49,409 nt of DNA. Source: Candidatus Hodarchaeaceae archaeon (lineage in GTDB: Archaea > Hadarchaeota > Hadarchaeia > Hadarchaeales > Hadarchaeaceae). Position numbers and translations under genes: made by a program. Positions 8,953 to 19,281 of the stretch are shown piece by piece. The notes under the pieces are model-generated. The model saw only the letters and a list, made by a program, of their open reading frames with translations. It did no database searches and was not told where the DNA came from. The stretch covers positions 1-49,409 of the forward strand of contig JASEGJ010000007.1 of assembly GCA_030018135.1 (NCBI GenBank), given 5' to 3'. The first letter of the stretch is position 1; every line of letters begins with the position of its first letter.

Positions 8953-11814
8953 TTAGTCCCCCCAAAAGCGCCTCGTTCGGGCATAAACACGTTCCGCTCG
9001 CAGGATCGCTTTATAAAAATCGCCCTCGTCTTTAAAATCCATTGCAAGTATCCTTGTAGCGGTCCGCGCTCCGATCCCGCGCCCCGCTAACGCAATGATC
9101 GCGCGTTTGCCATAAGTTAAAATAAGGTCCGCAATCTTACGAGCGCGCGTGAACAGCCGTAGCTCAACCTCACCAATGTTCTCTCCGGCCGCACGCTTGC
9201 GAATCACCTTTAGCACCTCGTTATGTTCTTTTGGTAACAAGGTCAACAGCCCTGCACCACATCTGCCACACTTAGGCGACTCTGGTAACCGCCCGATCCG
9301 CGTCAGCACATTCCACGTGCAACAATTCATGCAGAACAACCGCACTCGGCGATTATTCAATCGATGTTTGAGCACACGTATGATCTCCAGCTCCGCGCGT
9401 CTGGGCACTATCAGCTCACCGCTTGTAAGTTCATCGAGTATCGGCCAACCCATCTGCGTTGGTCCCTCGTCCTTCGTTCGAGCAATAGTTGTTAGCTCGA
9501 TTGCTCCCGTTTGGACGAGGCGAGCAACTTCTATGGTTTTTGCCGCATCGAGCTTCTCCAGCATTACCTCACGCATCGCTTCCTCGTGGATTGGCGTTGC
9601 CTCAAACGCCTTGGCCAACCGACGCAAGTTGATGTGCGCGAGATCCGCATCCTTTCTGATCGCGCCAAATCTTTTAGCGACATGCAACAGGCGCCATTTG
9701 AACACAGAGCTATCTTTAAGCGTGAGTTGCAAGATCGGCCCGATGTGTTCTGGTTTAAGCTCTTTGAGCATCTGTCCGAGCAGTTCTGGTGCAGCGTCCA
9801 TCGGGAACCTAAATGCAATTCTATAGGGGTCGGTCTTGACCGCCACGCTCGTGCCGAGCCTCGTCGAAAGTAGTGCTACCAATACCAGCCCAAGCGTTTT
9901 GTTCACGAGCGTTCCAAAACATGCATGCAGGACCACAAATTGCTCATAAATTTCGATCACAAGCTTGTCGCTTGTCGGTATCGGCAGGCCTGCCCTAGCA
10001 TGTTCTTCAAATTGCTTTATGAACCAGTTCGCTGCCGCCTTTGAGATCGGATATTCATCGATTAGCCAACTTGTGATATGCTCCGTCGCATCGCCAGCCT
10101 TGAGTCGTTCAGCAATTTGTGCCCTGACCTTACCCATCTCTTGTGCGACCTCAAATGGCACAGGAATTAGCTCGCCTTCCCAGGCAGGAATTGCGCCGAG
10201 TGGGTCCTCGGCTGGCTCGACGAGCACGCGCTTCTCCTCGGGTTCCACATCGATTACTTGCCAAGTTTCGCCCTTGCAGATAAATGTTGTGCCGGGCTCT
10301 GCGCATGTAGCGACAAATTCCTCATCAAGTGTGCCGATGGACTTGCGGGAGGCGATGTCGTCGATGTGATAGCGCCTAGTATCTGAAATCATCGAGAGAT
10401 TGGTAAAATAATACTCCCAAGCTGGCATGCGGCGCTTAAATTCATTCCCCTCAAGCCAAATCAGTCCCTGGCTATTGAGCTGTTTCAAAACCTCGATCAG
10501 CTTATCATTCGAAAGATTATGATATGGATATGCACGTTTAATCAAAGTGAGAGCGTCGTCAATATCGACCCTGCTTTGGTCAAGCGAAAGCCCAACGAGC
10601 TGATGGGCTAACACATCGAGGGCACTTTCATGGATCCTGCTCGGCTCAAGGGAACCTACCAATGCCCGCCGCGAGATGACTGCAGCTTCCATCGCGTCGT
10701 CTGGGCTAGTCGCAAGTACGATGCCATGTGAAAGTTCACCGACGTGATGGCCTGAACGCCCCACCCGTTGGACGAGACGGGTGACTTGCCGCGGCGACAT
10801 GTACTGGACGACTAGATCGACCGTGCCTATATCTATGCCAAGTTCCATGGAACTGGTGCAGATAAGGCATTTAAGCTGTTCATTGCGAAAGCCCTCCTCC
10901 GCCGCGATGCGCACCTCCTTCGCCAAAGAGCCGTGGTGCACACCGATCGGAAGACGAGCGTCCAAAAGCCTCAGACGTGAGCCCAAAATCTCCGCCGCTT
11001 CTCGCGTGTTCACAAAAGTTAGCGTTGAGCCATGTTTATTCATCAGTTCGCGAATGCGCCGTAGCCTGGCAACCATAGTTGGCTCAGCGAAAATTCTATC
11101 GGCTAATTCAGCATCTTCTCTTTTTGGCACTGGGCTCTCCACATGTAACTTCATTCCTTTTGCGACTGAGGCATCGACGATCTCTACATTGCGATCGGCA
11201 CCGACGAGAAATTGTGCTACCACAGAAGGGCTGCCGATGGTTGCAGATAGCCCGATACGTTGGAACTCACCAGCCAGCCTGCTTAATAGCTCGAGCCCAA
11301 CGGCCAACTGTGTACCGCGCTCGTCCTCCGCGAACTCGTGAACTTCATCGATGATTGCCCATCGCACCAATTTCAGGTGTTCACGGATGCGCCTGCCGGG
11401 TAGGATGGCCTGGAGGGTTTCGGGTGTGGTGATGAGCATATCGGGCGGTCTTTCAACTTGCTTCTGTCGCTCGCTCACGGAGGTGTCACCGTGCCTGACG
11501 AGGATACGTAGCCCTAGCTGGTCGCCCCAACGCTCCAAGCGAATCAACATGTCTCGATTGAGGGCCCGAAGCGGGGCGATATACAATATCTTGATACCCG
11601 GCTGCCACTCTCGCGAGAGGTACATGCTGAAAACCGGCAGCAGTGCAGCCTCCGTCTTCCCCGTGCCAGTCGGTGCGATGAGCAACACATGTTTGCCGGA
11701 GAGTATCTCGGGAATTGCTAATTCCTGCGGTTTAGTTGGTTCGCCCAGCCCGAACTCTTTTATGGCCCCCACCACCGGCTCGCACAGCATTTTAAACATG
11801 TTCATTAAAATCAC
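8953..11814 (-). CDS. lhr: Lhr-like SF2 DEAD/DEAH helicase
   Basis: APTGTGKT, PLRALNRD, TTPETL, DEVH, GLSAT, HHGSL, ELGID and QRVGRSGH motifs; C-terminal Cys zinc finger. Confidence 0.92.
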   Translation of the reverse strand: MILMNMFKMLCEPVVGAIKEFGLGEPTKPQELAIPEILSGKHVLLIAPTGTGKTEAALLPVFSMYLSREWQPGIKILYIAPLRALNRDMLIRLERWGDQLGLRILVRHGDTSVSERQKQVERPPDMLITTPETLQAILPGRRIREHLKLVRWAIIDEVHEFAEDERGTQLAVGLELLSRLAGEFQRIGLSATIGSPSVVAQFLVGADRNVEIVDASVAKGMKLHVESPVPKREDAELADRIFAEPTMVARLRRIRELMNKHGSTLTFVNTREAAEILGSRLRLLDARLPIGVHHGSLAKEVRIAAEEGFRNEQLKCLICTSSMELGIDIGTVDLVVQYMSPRQVTRLVQRVGRSGHHVGELSHGIVLATSPDDAMEAAVISRRALVGSLEPSRIHESALDVLAHQLVGLSLDQSRVDIDDALTLIKRAYPYHNLSNDKLIEVLKQLNSQGLIWLEGNEFKRRMPAWEYYFTNLSMISDTRRYHIDDIASRKSIGTLDEEFVATCAEPGTTFICKGETWQVIDVEPEEKRVLVEPAEDPLGAIPAWEGELIPVPFEVAQEMGKVRAQIAERLKAGDATEHITSWLIDEYPISKAAANWFIKQFEEHARAGLPIPTSDKLVIEIYEQFVVLHACFGTLVNKTLGLVLVALLSTRLGTSVAVKTDPYRIAFRFPMDAAPELLGQMLKELKPEHIGPILQLTLKDSSVFKWRLLHVAKRFGAIRKDADLAHINLRRLAKAFEATPIHEEAMREVMLEKLDAAKTIEVARLVQTGAIELTTIARTKDEGPTQMGWPILDELTSGELIVPRRAELEIIRVLKHRLNNRRVRLFCMNCCTWNVLTRIGRLPESPKCGRCGAGLLTLLPKEHNEVLKVIRKRAAGENIGEVELRLFTRARKIADLILTYGKRAIIALAGRGIGARTATRILAMDFKDEGDFYKAILRAERVYARTRRFWGD

Positions 11815-11912
11815 CGAAAATTTGATTACTTTCGGCGCGCTCTGTGCTTAAGCAATTTATATTGGACCTTTCATTTAAGTTCGGTGAGTGCTTACGCTTT
11901 CAAGGTGAAGAA

Positions 11913-14021
11913 ATGGGAAAAACTCTTATCATATGCGAGAAGCCGAGTTCAGCTGCAAAGATCGCGGCGGCCCTCGCCAAGAAAAAACCTAAGAAACAGG
12001 AGCTCAATGGCGTACCCTACTATGAGCTCGAACTCGACGGCAAGCGAATGTTCGTCGCCCCGGCATTGGGCCACCTATTTACGCTTAAAAATGTAAAGCC
12101 GATGCACGATTACCCGGTTTATGACGTAGACTGGGTGCCGACGTACGAAGTCAATCGTAGGGCTGAACGCGCTAGAGCTTTCGTTGAGGCAATCCGCGAG
12201 CTGGCTAAAGACGCCGATGAGTTCATCAGTGCCACCGACTACGATGTCGAGGGCGCAGTGATCGGGTATAACGTGCTCAGGTTCCTTTGCGATGAAAAAG
12301 CCGTGTCTCGCGCCAAACGAATGAAGTTCTCTGCCCTGACAACATCCGACCTCCGCCAGGCATATGAAAATCTTCTCCCGCGTTTGGATTTGGAACTCGT
12401 TGATTCCGGCATCGCTCGCCATGTGCTTGACTGGTATTGGGGAATGAATGTTTCAAAAGCGATGAGCGCTGCGGTGGAGGCCGCTCATAAACGATTTGCC
12501 AAGCTATCGACGGGGCGTGTGCAGACCCCCATGTTAAAAATTTTGGTCGAACGCGAACGTGAGATAAAGGCATTCAAGCCCGAACCATTTTGGGTCGTCA
12601 GCCTGCTCTTTGAGATAGAGGGGCGAGAAATCATTGCGGAACATGCGACACCGCGCTTCTTCAACAAGGCGGAAGCCGGGAAAGTTAGAGACTCATGTCA
12701 GGGTAAGCAAGCCCGAGTTTCGGCGATCCAAACGCGACAATATAGACAACCCCCGCCAGCGCCGTTTGATCTCGGCGTCCTGCAGTCGGAGGCCTACCGC
12801 TGTTTTGGTTACACGCCTATGCGAACGCAACAACTAGCTCAATTTCTCTATGACGCAGCCTTGATCAGCTATCCGCGCACCTCTAGCCAAAAGTTGCCGC
12901 CTTCCATTGGTTATGCCGAGATTATCGAGCGGCTTGGCAAGATCTCAAAGCAGTACAAGAAATTGGCTGACAGTTTGTTGGAGTTGCCCGAGTTATCACC
13001 GAACGAGGGCGGGAAAACGGACCCGGCACATCCGGCGATCTATCCAACTGGGGAGAAACCTGAGAAACTCTCTGGCCCGCAACAGAAATTGTATGACCTC
13101 ATTGTTAGGCGCTACTTCTCGGTTTTTGGCAAGCCCGCGCTTAAGGAAAGCGTTCGCGTTGAACTCGATGTTGGTGGGCAGCCCTTCTACCTCCGCGGTC
13201 GCCGCATCATAGACGATGGCTGGCTGATGTATTATGGCCCCTACGGCGCGACTGAAGAGATAACCCTGCCATTGCTCTCCGAAGGGCAAGTGCTGATGCC
13301 AAAGAAATTGCTATTTGATGAAAAGGAAACTCAGCCACCGCCGCGCTACAATCCAGCGTCAATCATAAAAGAAATGGAAAAACGAAATCTTGGGACAAAG
13401 GCAACGCGCGCGCCCATCCTCCAAAATGTTTACAATCGAGGCTACATCATGGGTAATCAAATCAGGGTGACGGAACTTGGTATGGGTGTCGTGGATGCGC
13501 TCAGTGAACACTGCCCCGAAATAATCAGCGAGGAGCTAACCGCGCATTTCGAGCAAGAGATGGAGGCTATCCAGCAGGGTAAGCGCAATAAGGATGAGGT
13601 AATTGCCAAAGCTAGGGCCAAACTTAATGAAATTTTAAAGAAATTCAAGCAACATCAGCTTGAGATAGGCAAGGGGCTTGGTGAGGCGTTCAGGCAAACG
13701 AAACAGAAGCAAAGGGTCCTCGGCACATGTCAAAAATGCGGCGGTCAACTAAAGATCGTCGTCTCGCGTCGCACGCACAAGCGTTTCGCGGGTTGTTCAA
13801 ACTACTCCGAGGGATGCAGAAATTCTTTCCCGCTACCACAATTCGGCATGATCATGTCCATGGATAAAACGTGTGAGCAATGCGGCACACCGATGATTCA
13901 AGTAAACCGCCAAGGGACGCGTCCTTATCGCATGTGTCTCGACCCAAAGTGTCCCAGCAAAAAGGACTGGGGGAAGAAAAAAGCCGATGTGGTGCGGGCT
14001 CAGGGGGAAGAGGCAAGTTGA
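11913..14021 (+). CDS. topA: DNA topoisomerase I (type IA)
   Basis: CEKPS, ATDYDVEG (TOPRIM), LSTGRVQ, catalytic ISYPRT, LGTKATR and C-terminal zinc ribbons. ATG 11913 follows AGGTGA. Confidence 0.95.
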   Translation: MGKTLIICEKPSSAAKIAAALAKKKPKKQELNGVPYYELELDGKRMFVAPALGHLFTLKNVKPMHDYPVYDVDWVPTYEVNRRAERARAFVEAIRELAKDADEFISATDYDVEGAVIGYNVLRFLCDEKAVSRAKRMKFSALTTSDLRQAYENLLPRLDLELVDSGIARHVLDWYWGMNVSKAMSAAVEAAHKRFAKLSTGRVQTPMLKILVEREREIKAFKPEPFWVVSLLFEIEGREIIAEHATPRFFNKAEAGKVRDSCQGKQARVSAIQTRQYRQPPPAPFDLGVLQSEAYRCFGYTPMRTQQLAQFLYDAALISYPRTSSQKLPPSIGYAEIIERLGKISKQYKKLADSLLELPELSPNEGGKTDPAHPAIYPTGEKPEKLSGPQQKLYDLIVRRYFSVFGKPALKESVRVELDVGGQPFYLRGRRIIDDGWLMYYGPYGATEEITLPLLSEGQVLMPKKLLFDEKETQPPPRYNPASIIKEMEKRNLGTKATRAPILQNVYNRGYIMGNQIRVTELGMGVVDALSEHCPEIISEELTAHFEQEMEAIQQGKRNKDEVIAKARAKLNEILKKFKQHQLEIGKGLGEAFRQTKQKQRVLGTCQKCGGQLKIVVSRRTHKRFAGCSNYSEGCRNSFPLPQFGMIMSMDKTCEQCGTPMIQVNRQGTRPYRMCLDPKCPSKKDWGKKKADVVRAQGEEAS

Positions 14022-15307
14022 AAATCGCCGTTATTTCTGATACGCATCTCGGAGCTAAGTGGGGTACTCCTCGTGAGCAAGATTCTTTTGATCAGGCACG
14101 AGAAGCAATCGAACGTGCGCTCGAGCTTGGTGCCCAACTCATTCTCATCTTAGGTGACATCTTCGATACGCGGATACCCCGCCAAGAGATCTGGCCCCAG
14201 GCTATGCGAATTTTAGCATTGGCACTGGCGCGAGAGCAAGGCGAGATAAGACTCAGCAAGGTAATCGACAAGAATCCGGAGGACATCTCCGCCGTAGCCC
14301 TCCAGGGGTCGCCAATTGTAGCTCTACATGGAAATCATGAGCGCCGCGTCAGAGGTCTCATGAACCCGGTTGAGGCCCTTGAGGCGGCGGGGTTCCTTAT
14401 CCACCTGCACCAAAATGTTTTGGTCTTCGAAACACCTGCCGGCGACATAGCCATTCATGGGATGAGCAACGTACCCGAGAGGCACGCGAAAAATGTCCTT
14501 AGCACTTGGAACCCAAAACCCGTAAATGGTGCGTTTAACATCCTCATGCTCCACCAAGCAGTTGGGCAATACGTTTTTTCAAGTGAGGAGTGCCCGACAC
14601 TTGATCTTTCCGACCTGCCGTTAGGCTTCGATCTCTACCTGTGTGGGCACATGCATTATCATGCTGAAGCAGCTGCACATGGCAAGTCGCTACTGTTCCC
14701 TGGCAGCACCGAACGCACGCAGCTCTTGCCCATTGAGGCTCAAGTGCCCAAGGGTTTCTACATGCTATACATTGATGATGGGCTGCGCTATGAGTTCGTC
14801 GAGCTCCAACGGACGCGCGACTTTTATTATGAGGAGATGATTTTCGATGGTGTGGGCATATCTCAGCTGAATGCAGCGGTCAGGGAAAAACTGCAAGAAC
14901 TGCTGGGGAAACCGAGGCGCAATCCCGACAAACTTCCTCTGATAAGGCTTAGGCTCCGCGGCACCCTTGCTAAAGATGCGTCGCGGGGTGAATTCGATCA
15001 TGAAGCTATAATCCAGGAATTTTCGGATAATGCGTCGGTGACAATAAGCAAGGACGACCTCATCGCGCCAGGATTGGAGGAAAAAATGCGGTTCCTGCGC
15101 GAGTTACGTGAGCATCGGCTACCCGTGGATGAAATGGCAATGCGACTGCTCGACGCAAATCTCCGCGATGTTGGGTACGATCAAGTACTCGATTTTCGAG
15201 TGCTCTATGACCTCCTCATCGAAGACAGAACCGAGGAGGCGCTCGACAAGGTGTTTGAAGTTGTGGAAAGATTGGTAGAGGCCGAACTCAAGGGGCGAAA
15301 GCAGTGA
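14018..15307 (+). CDS. mre11: Mre11/SbcD DNA repair nuclease
   Basis: SDTHLG, GDIFD, HGNHE, LHQ, GHMH and PGST phosphoesterase motifs. TTG start overlaps the topA stop (TTGA). Confidence 0.9.
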   Translation: MKIAVISDTHLGAKWGTPREQDSFDQAREAIERALELGAQLILILGDIFDTRIPRQEIWPQAMRILALALAREQGEIRLSKVIDKNPEDISAVALQGSPIVALHGNHERRVRGLMNPVEALEAAGFLIHLHQNVLVFETPAGDIAIHGMSNVPERHAKNVLSTWNPKPVNGAFNILMLHQAVGQYVFSSEECPTLDLSDLPLGFDLYLCGHMHYHAEAAAHGKSLLFPGSTERTQLLPIEAQVPKGFYMLYIDDGLRYEFVELQRTRDFYYEEMIFDGVGISQLNAAVREKLQELLGKPRRNPDKLPLIRLRLRGTLAKDASRGEFDHEAIIQEFSDNASVTISKDDLIAPGLEEKMRFLRELREHRLPVDEMAMRLLDANLRDVGYDQVLDFRVLYDLLIEDRTEEALDKVFEVVERLVEAELKGRKQ

Positions 15308-17700
15308 TAACACATGTCAAGCTAAAGCAATGGAAGACCCACCTCCAGAGTAATTTGCAATTCGGCGAAGGTACAAACGCCCTCGTGGGGATGATGGGGG
15401 CTGGAAAGTCGGCCGTGCTGGAGGCTGTCGCATATGCGCTCTTTGGCACGTTGCCGAGGGTGCAGACGCGCCGCATAAAACTCGACGACCTTATCATGAA
15501 CAGGCCGAGGCCAATGGACTCGGCTGAGGTTGAGGTTGGCTTTGTCGCTCCCGATGGTGATGAGTACATAGTTAAACGCATCATAGAGCGAGGAAGCGGC
15601 ACAACGTTCTCAGAGCTGCGGAAGGCGAACGGCGAACTCATCGAGAGCCCAAGTGCGACTCGCGTGAGTGAGATGATTCAATCGCTCCTTAAGCTTGATT
15701 ACGACCTTTTTGAACGGGCGATTTACTCCGAGCAAAATCGTCTCGATTATTTCCTGATCCTGCCACGGGGCAAGCGGATGGAGAGCATCGATGAGTTATT
15801 GGGCATAGATAAGCTAGAACTCGCACGAAAGAACATGGGTAATTTGGCGTACCGCGTAAATGGTCGAATTGATGACCGCCAAGCGGCGTTAAACCAGCTC
15901 AAGCAAGATGCAATACTTGCCACATTGCCAGCCCTAGAGCAAGGGTTAAAAGAAATAGAATTATCAAAGCAGGAAGTTCAAGCACGGCTTGGGCAACTGC
16001 AGCCCGAGCTGGATGCCGTCCAAACGCAACTCCAGCGACTGCGCGAGATGGAGCAAAAATCGATACAATTGGATAAATCACTTGGCGAGCTTGAGGGGGC
16101 GGTAAGCGCTATCAAACATCAGTTGGATCAAATCAAGGGCAAGCTTGGGGCGGCCGTTGGAGTTGAGCATGAAGAGCTTCAACAGCAGGTCGCGGATCTT
16201 GAGCAGGCTTGCAACGAGGCTTTTAGTAATGTGGATGTGCTTAATTCTAAGCTCACTATTAGCAGCTCAAGGGTCCGTGAACTGGAAACAAAGATAGGGA
16301 TGTTTCAGGATAGATTGGAAAAGCTTTCGAGCGAAATCGCGCGACTGCATAAATCTCGTAAAGAGCTGGAGCAGTTGAAGCTTCAAGAGGTGATCAGACT
16401 CATTGAAGAGCTTCAGATAAATATTCGAAGCACTGGCGATGAGCTAGCTGCTTGTCGCGCGCGGATGCAAGACCTACAGCAAACATTAAATGAACTCGCG
16501 GCAGCTGGCCCGACTTGTCCAGTTTGCGATAGCCCACTGTCGGAGGATAAAAAACAAAATTTGTTTAAAGAACGTGAGCGCCAACTCGAGGCGCAGCACA
16601 AACAAGCTACCCAGCTGGAAACGCTTCTATCTAAATTGAACGAAGATCTACAGCGGAGACTTGAACTTCAGAGGCGTGCGCTATTGCTCGCAAAGGAGGT
16701 AGAGGACCTTCCAACACTCGAGGCTGAGCACTCACAACTCGAGCAGCAGCTTCGAAGCTTGGAGGGGGAGCTCACAAGCGTTCGCGCGGAGGTAGAAAAA
16801 CTTCGCTCCGATGTTGACAGTTCTCGCCAAAAGGCCGAGAGGCTGCGGGAGCAACTCCTTAAGGCCAAGCAAACATTGCAATTGCGGCTGGACCTCAACC
16901 AACTTGAGTTAAAACATAAACAGAAACTCGCAGGGAGCTTGCGGATACAGCGTGAACTCTGGCAACTGAGGCGAACCTACGATGAAGCCCAGGTTAGGGC
17001 ACTCGAAAAGCGATTCGAGGAACTAATTCGAGCGCATGAACACCTTAAAACAGAGCTTATTGGTAAGGAGCAAGTCATCGCGGAGAGGCGAAAGCTAGTA
17101 GAGAATATTCGGGAAAAACAGACCACTTTAACGCGTTACGAGGTTGAACTCAAGTTCCTTCAGCAGGTATTAGGAGCGATTCAGACGATTCAAACCGCTT
17201 TAACTAGAACACAGACAACATTGCGCCGCGATTTCATCGAGGCGGTGAATGGGGCAATGAACGAGCTATGGGAAGACATTTATCCCTATGGCGATTTTAC
17301 GGGCATCAGGCTCGCTGTCGAAGGAGGGGAGCGCGGAGACTACGTGCTTCAGTTGCGCGATAGGCTTGGCAACTGGATTCCCGTGGAGGGTATCGCGAGC
17401 GGAGGCGAGCGAACGTGCGCCTGTTTGGCATTGAGGATAGCATTCGCAGTCGTCCTGGCGCCTGCATTGAGCTGGTTGGTGCTCGATGAGCCCACGCACA
17501 ACCTCGATGTAGAGGGTATTCAAGAATTAGCGACCGCGTTGCGCGAACGCGTACCGGAAATAGTCCGCCAGGTACTGCTTATAACCCACGAGGAGCGCCT
17601 GGAGGCTGCGGTGAGCGGCTATCTGTACCGCTTTTCGCGTGACAAGGACGCTGACCAACCAACAAAGATCGAACAGGTAGCGCTACCGGAGTTAGATTAA
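15304..17700 (+). CDS. rad50: Rad50/SbcC SMC-family ATPase
   Basis: Walker A GMMGAGKS, Q-loop YSEQ, long coiled coil with CPVC zinc hook, ASGGE signature, LDEPT and ITH. Confidence 0.92.
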   Translation: MITHVKLKQWKTHLQSNLQFGEGTNALVGMMGAGKSAVLEAVAYALFGTLPRVQTRRIKLDDLIMNRPRPMDSAEVEVGFVAPDGDEYIVKRIIERGSGTTFSELRKANGELIESPSATRVSEMIQSLLKLDYDLFERAIYSEQNRLDYFLILPRGKRMESIDELLGIDKLELARKNMGNLAYRVNGRIDDRQAALNQLKQDAILATLPALEQGLKEIELSKQEVQARLGQLQPELDAVQTQLQRLREMEQKSIQLDKSLGELEGAVSAIKHQLDQIKGKLGAAVGVEHEELQQQVADLEQACNEAFSNVDVLNSKLTISSSRVRELETKIGMFQDRLEKLSSEIARLHKSRKELEQLKLQEVIRLIEELQINIRSTGDELAACRARMQDLQQTLNELAAAGPTCPVCDSPLSEDKKQNLFKERERQLEAQHKQATQLETLLSKLNEDLQRRLELQRRALLLAKEVEDLPTLEAEHSQLEQQLRSLEGELTSVRAEVEKLRSDVDSSRQKAERLREQLLKAKQTLQLRLDLNQLELKHKQKLAGSLRIQRELWQLRRTYDEAQVRALEKRFEELIRAHEHLKTELIGKEQVIAERRKLVENIREKQTTLTRYEVELKFLQQVLGAIQTIQTALTRTQTTLRRDFIEAVNGAMNELWEDIYPYGDFTGIRLAVEGGERGDYVLQLRDRLGNWIPVEGIASGGERTCACLALRIAFAVVLAPALSWLVLDEPTHNLDVEGIQELATALRERVPEIVRQVLLITHEERLEAAVSGYLYRFSRDKDADQPTKIEQVALPELD

Positions 17701-18179
17701 GAGATTTGGAAAAGTTTTACAGTTGCCTCAACTACCACGTTTTCCCCGCCAGCCTTTGTAATGGATATCCGACCCAATCGAATGAACTGTCTGCTTGTTT
17801 CGCTCGAGTTTTCAGGGCAAACGAGCTCCCAAGTCCTTTGACCGTGTCTCAAAGAGATGGAGACTACAAAATCGTGCGGGCGGAGGTAGTCGATCGCAGC
17901 AAACATCTGCGAACGCAGGTGGTCGCCGGGCACGACCGGATTTTCAAGCACGAGGTTGTCAGCGGCGGCTTTCAAAAAGCTTACCGTATATGGTTCAACC
18001 CAAGCCGTCTCAACCGCCTTATAGAGGTGCTCGCACTTGAGTTCAAGCTGTCTGTCCACGGCGGCTTGGAGCGGTCGTAGGGTGTAGGCGTGCATGAGCA
18101 CAGCACCTAGGACAAGCAAGACGAACATAAAGACCATCGCGAGCACATCCGCGATGCCGCGTACACCTAGGCGTACCAT
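17697..18179 (-). CDS. Pilin-like membrane protein
   Basis: MVRLGVRG|IADVLAMVFMFVLLVLG resembles a class III signal peptide; ATG 18179 follows GGTGTGA. Confidence 0.55.
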   Translation of the reverse strand: MVRLGVRGIADVLAMVFMFVLLVLGAVLMHAYTLRPLQAAVDRQLELKCEHLYKAVETAWVEPYTVSFLKAAADNLVLENPVVPGDHLRSQMFAAIDYLRPHDFVVSISLRHGQRTWELVCPENSSETSRQFIRLGRISITKAGGENVVVEATVKLFQIS

Positions 18180-18604
18180 GCTATCACACCCAGCTTTGCT
18201 GGCAGGACCCGATTGTTCATCCAGAGAGAGCATGCGATCATCAAAGAGCAACTCGCCTCATCGCTGGGAGGCATTGGCCCGTAGGGACCGAATGTGCCTT
18301 CTTCGCCGCCTCGCTTATAGTGCAAAGTCGCTTGAAACTCAAATTTGCTTTTACCAATCTCCCGCACGAACGTGAGGTTCTCCAATCCATTGGGATCGAG
18401 TATGTAACAACGCTTGCCGCTGATGTTATCGACATATGCAAGTTCTTCTGCGGTCAGACGAGCTGCAATTGCCGAGGTCGCGTCGCTCAGTGCGGCGAGC
18501 GCTGAAATATCGCGGTGTTGTCTATAAGCCGATACTGTTACCAGCAGAAGGATAATCGCCAAGATGCAAACTACAAGAGTTTTTAATATTTGTGTAAGGC
18601 TCAT
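18167..18604 (-). CDS. Hypothetical membrane-anchored (minor pilin-like) protein
   Basis: Single N-terminal hydrophobic helix; overlaps both neighbours in the operon. Confidence 0.55.
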   Translation of the reverse strand: MSLTQILKTLVVCILAIILLLVTVSAYRQHRDISALAALSDATSAIAARLTAEELAYVDNISGKRCYILDPNGLENLTFVREIGKSKFEFQATLHYKRGGEEGTFGPYGPMPPSDEASCSLMIACSLWMNNRVLPAKLGVIAWYA

Positions 18605-18954
18605 GTAGACACCAATATCGAATTGTTTTCAAGCACGATTGTTAAGGTATAGGTGCCTGCCCAAAGCTCTGGGCCAATAATTGGCAAGGGATAGCCACCT
18701 TGGAGGATAGCTATTCCATCAATGACTAACCGGTCGTTGTCAAATCTTAAGGTATGGTTAGACGGCAGAGTGATCTCAATCGTTTGGGGATTACCAGTCA
18801 CGATTGCTGTCCATACCGCAGCATCTACCTCAAATGCTGCTTCTTTTGCCTCTCGGACGCTAGCCAAGGGCCTCATATATTGATAGCCCATGACAAATGT
18901 CGCAACCACAAGTGCTGCGAGAACGACCAGTCCAAGCGTTCTCAGCGCTGGCAC
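18601..18954 (-). CDS. Hypothetical membrane-anchored (minor pilin-like) protein
   Basis: N-terminal hydrophobic helix followed by an amphipathic helix and a GNPQTIEITLP beta-rich region. Confidence 0.55.
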   Translation of the reverse strand: MPALRTLGLVVLAALVVATFVMGYQYMRPLASVREAKEAAFEVDAAVWTAIVTGNPQTIEITLPSNHTLRFDNDRLVIDGIAILQGGYPLPIIGPELWAGTYTLTIVLENNSILVST

Positions 18955-18957
18955 GCG

Positions 18958-19137
18958 TTACGCTCCCTTGGCATTCTCGATCGCGTTTTCGAGTATTTCA
19001 GATGCCGCCTCGCCAGCCCTCCTATAAAGCCCTATGCCAATGCCCAAGCCTATTGCAAGCAGAGCTACTGCGGCGAGCAACTTCATGACGATTGGCTCAA
19101 CGGCGGCTTCATCGCGTAGTAACTCCCTAATCTTCAT
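18958..19137 (-). CDS. Small type IV pilin-like protein (59 aa)
   Basis: Strong GGAGGTGA RBS; MKIRELLRDEAA|VEPIVMKLLAAVALLAIGLGIGIGLY is a prepilin-like leader plus hydrophobic helix. Confidence 0.65.
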   Translation of the reverse strand: MKIRELLRDEAAVEPIVMKLLAAVALLAIGLGIGIGLYRRAGEAASEILENAIENAKGA

Positions 19138-19281
19138 CTGCAAAATTTCACCTCCTCCTTTCCCCTCTCTGGCTCTCATTTTGAGGGGAGTGCCTTTTTA
19201 AAGCTTTTGCGCGCGAAGATGGGCCGCGTATCTCTACCCAAGGCTTTAACCGTCAAATGCGACATTTTTTTTGGTACTCCG

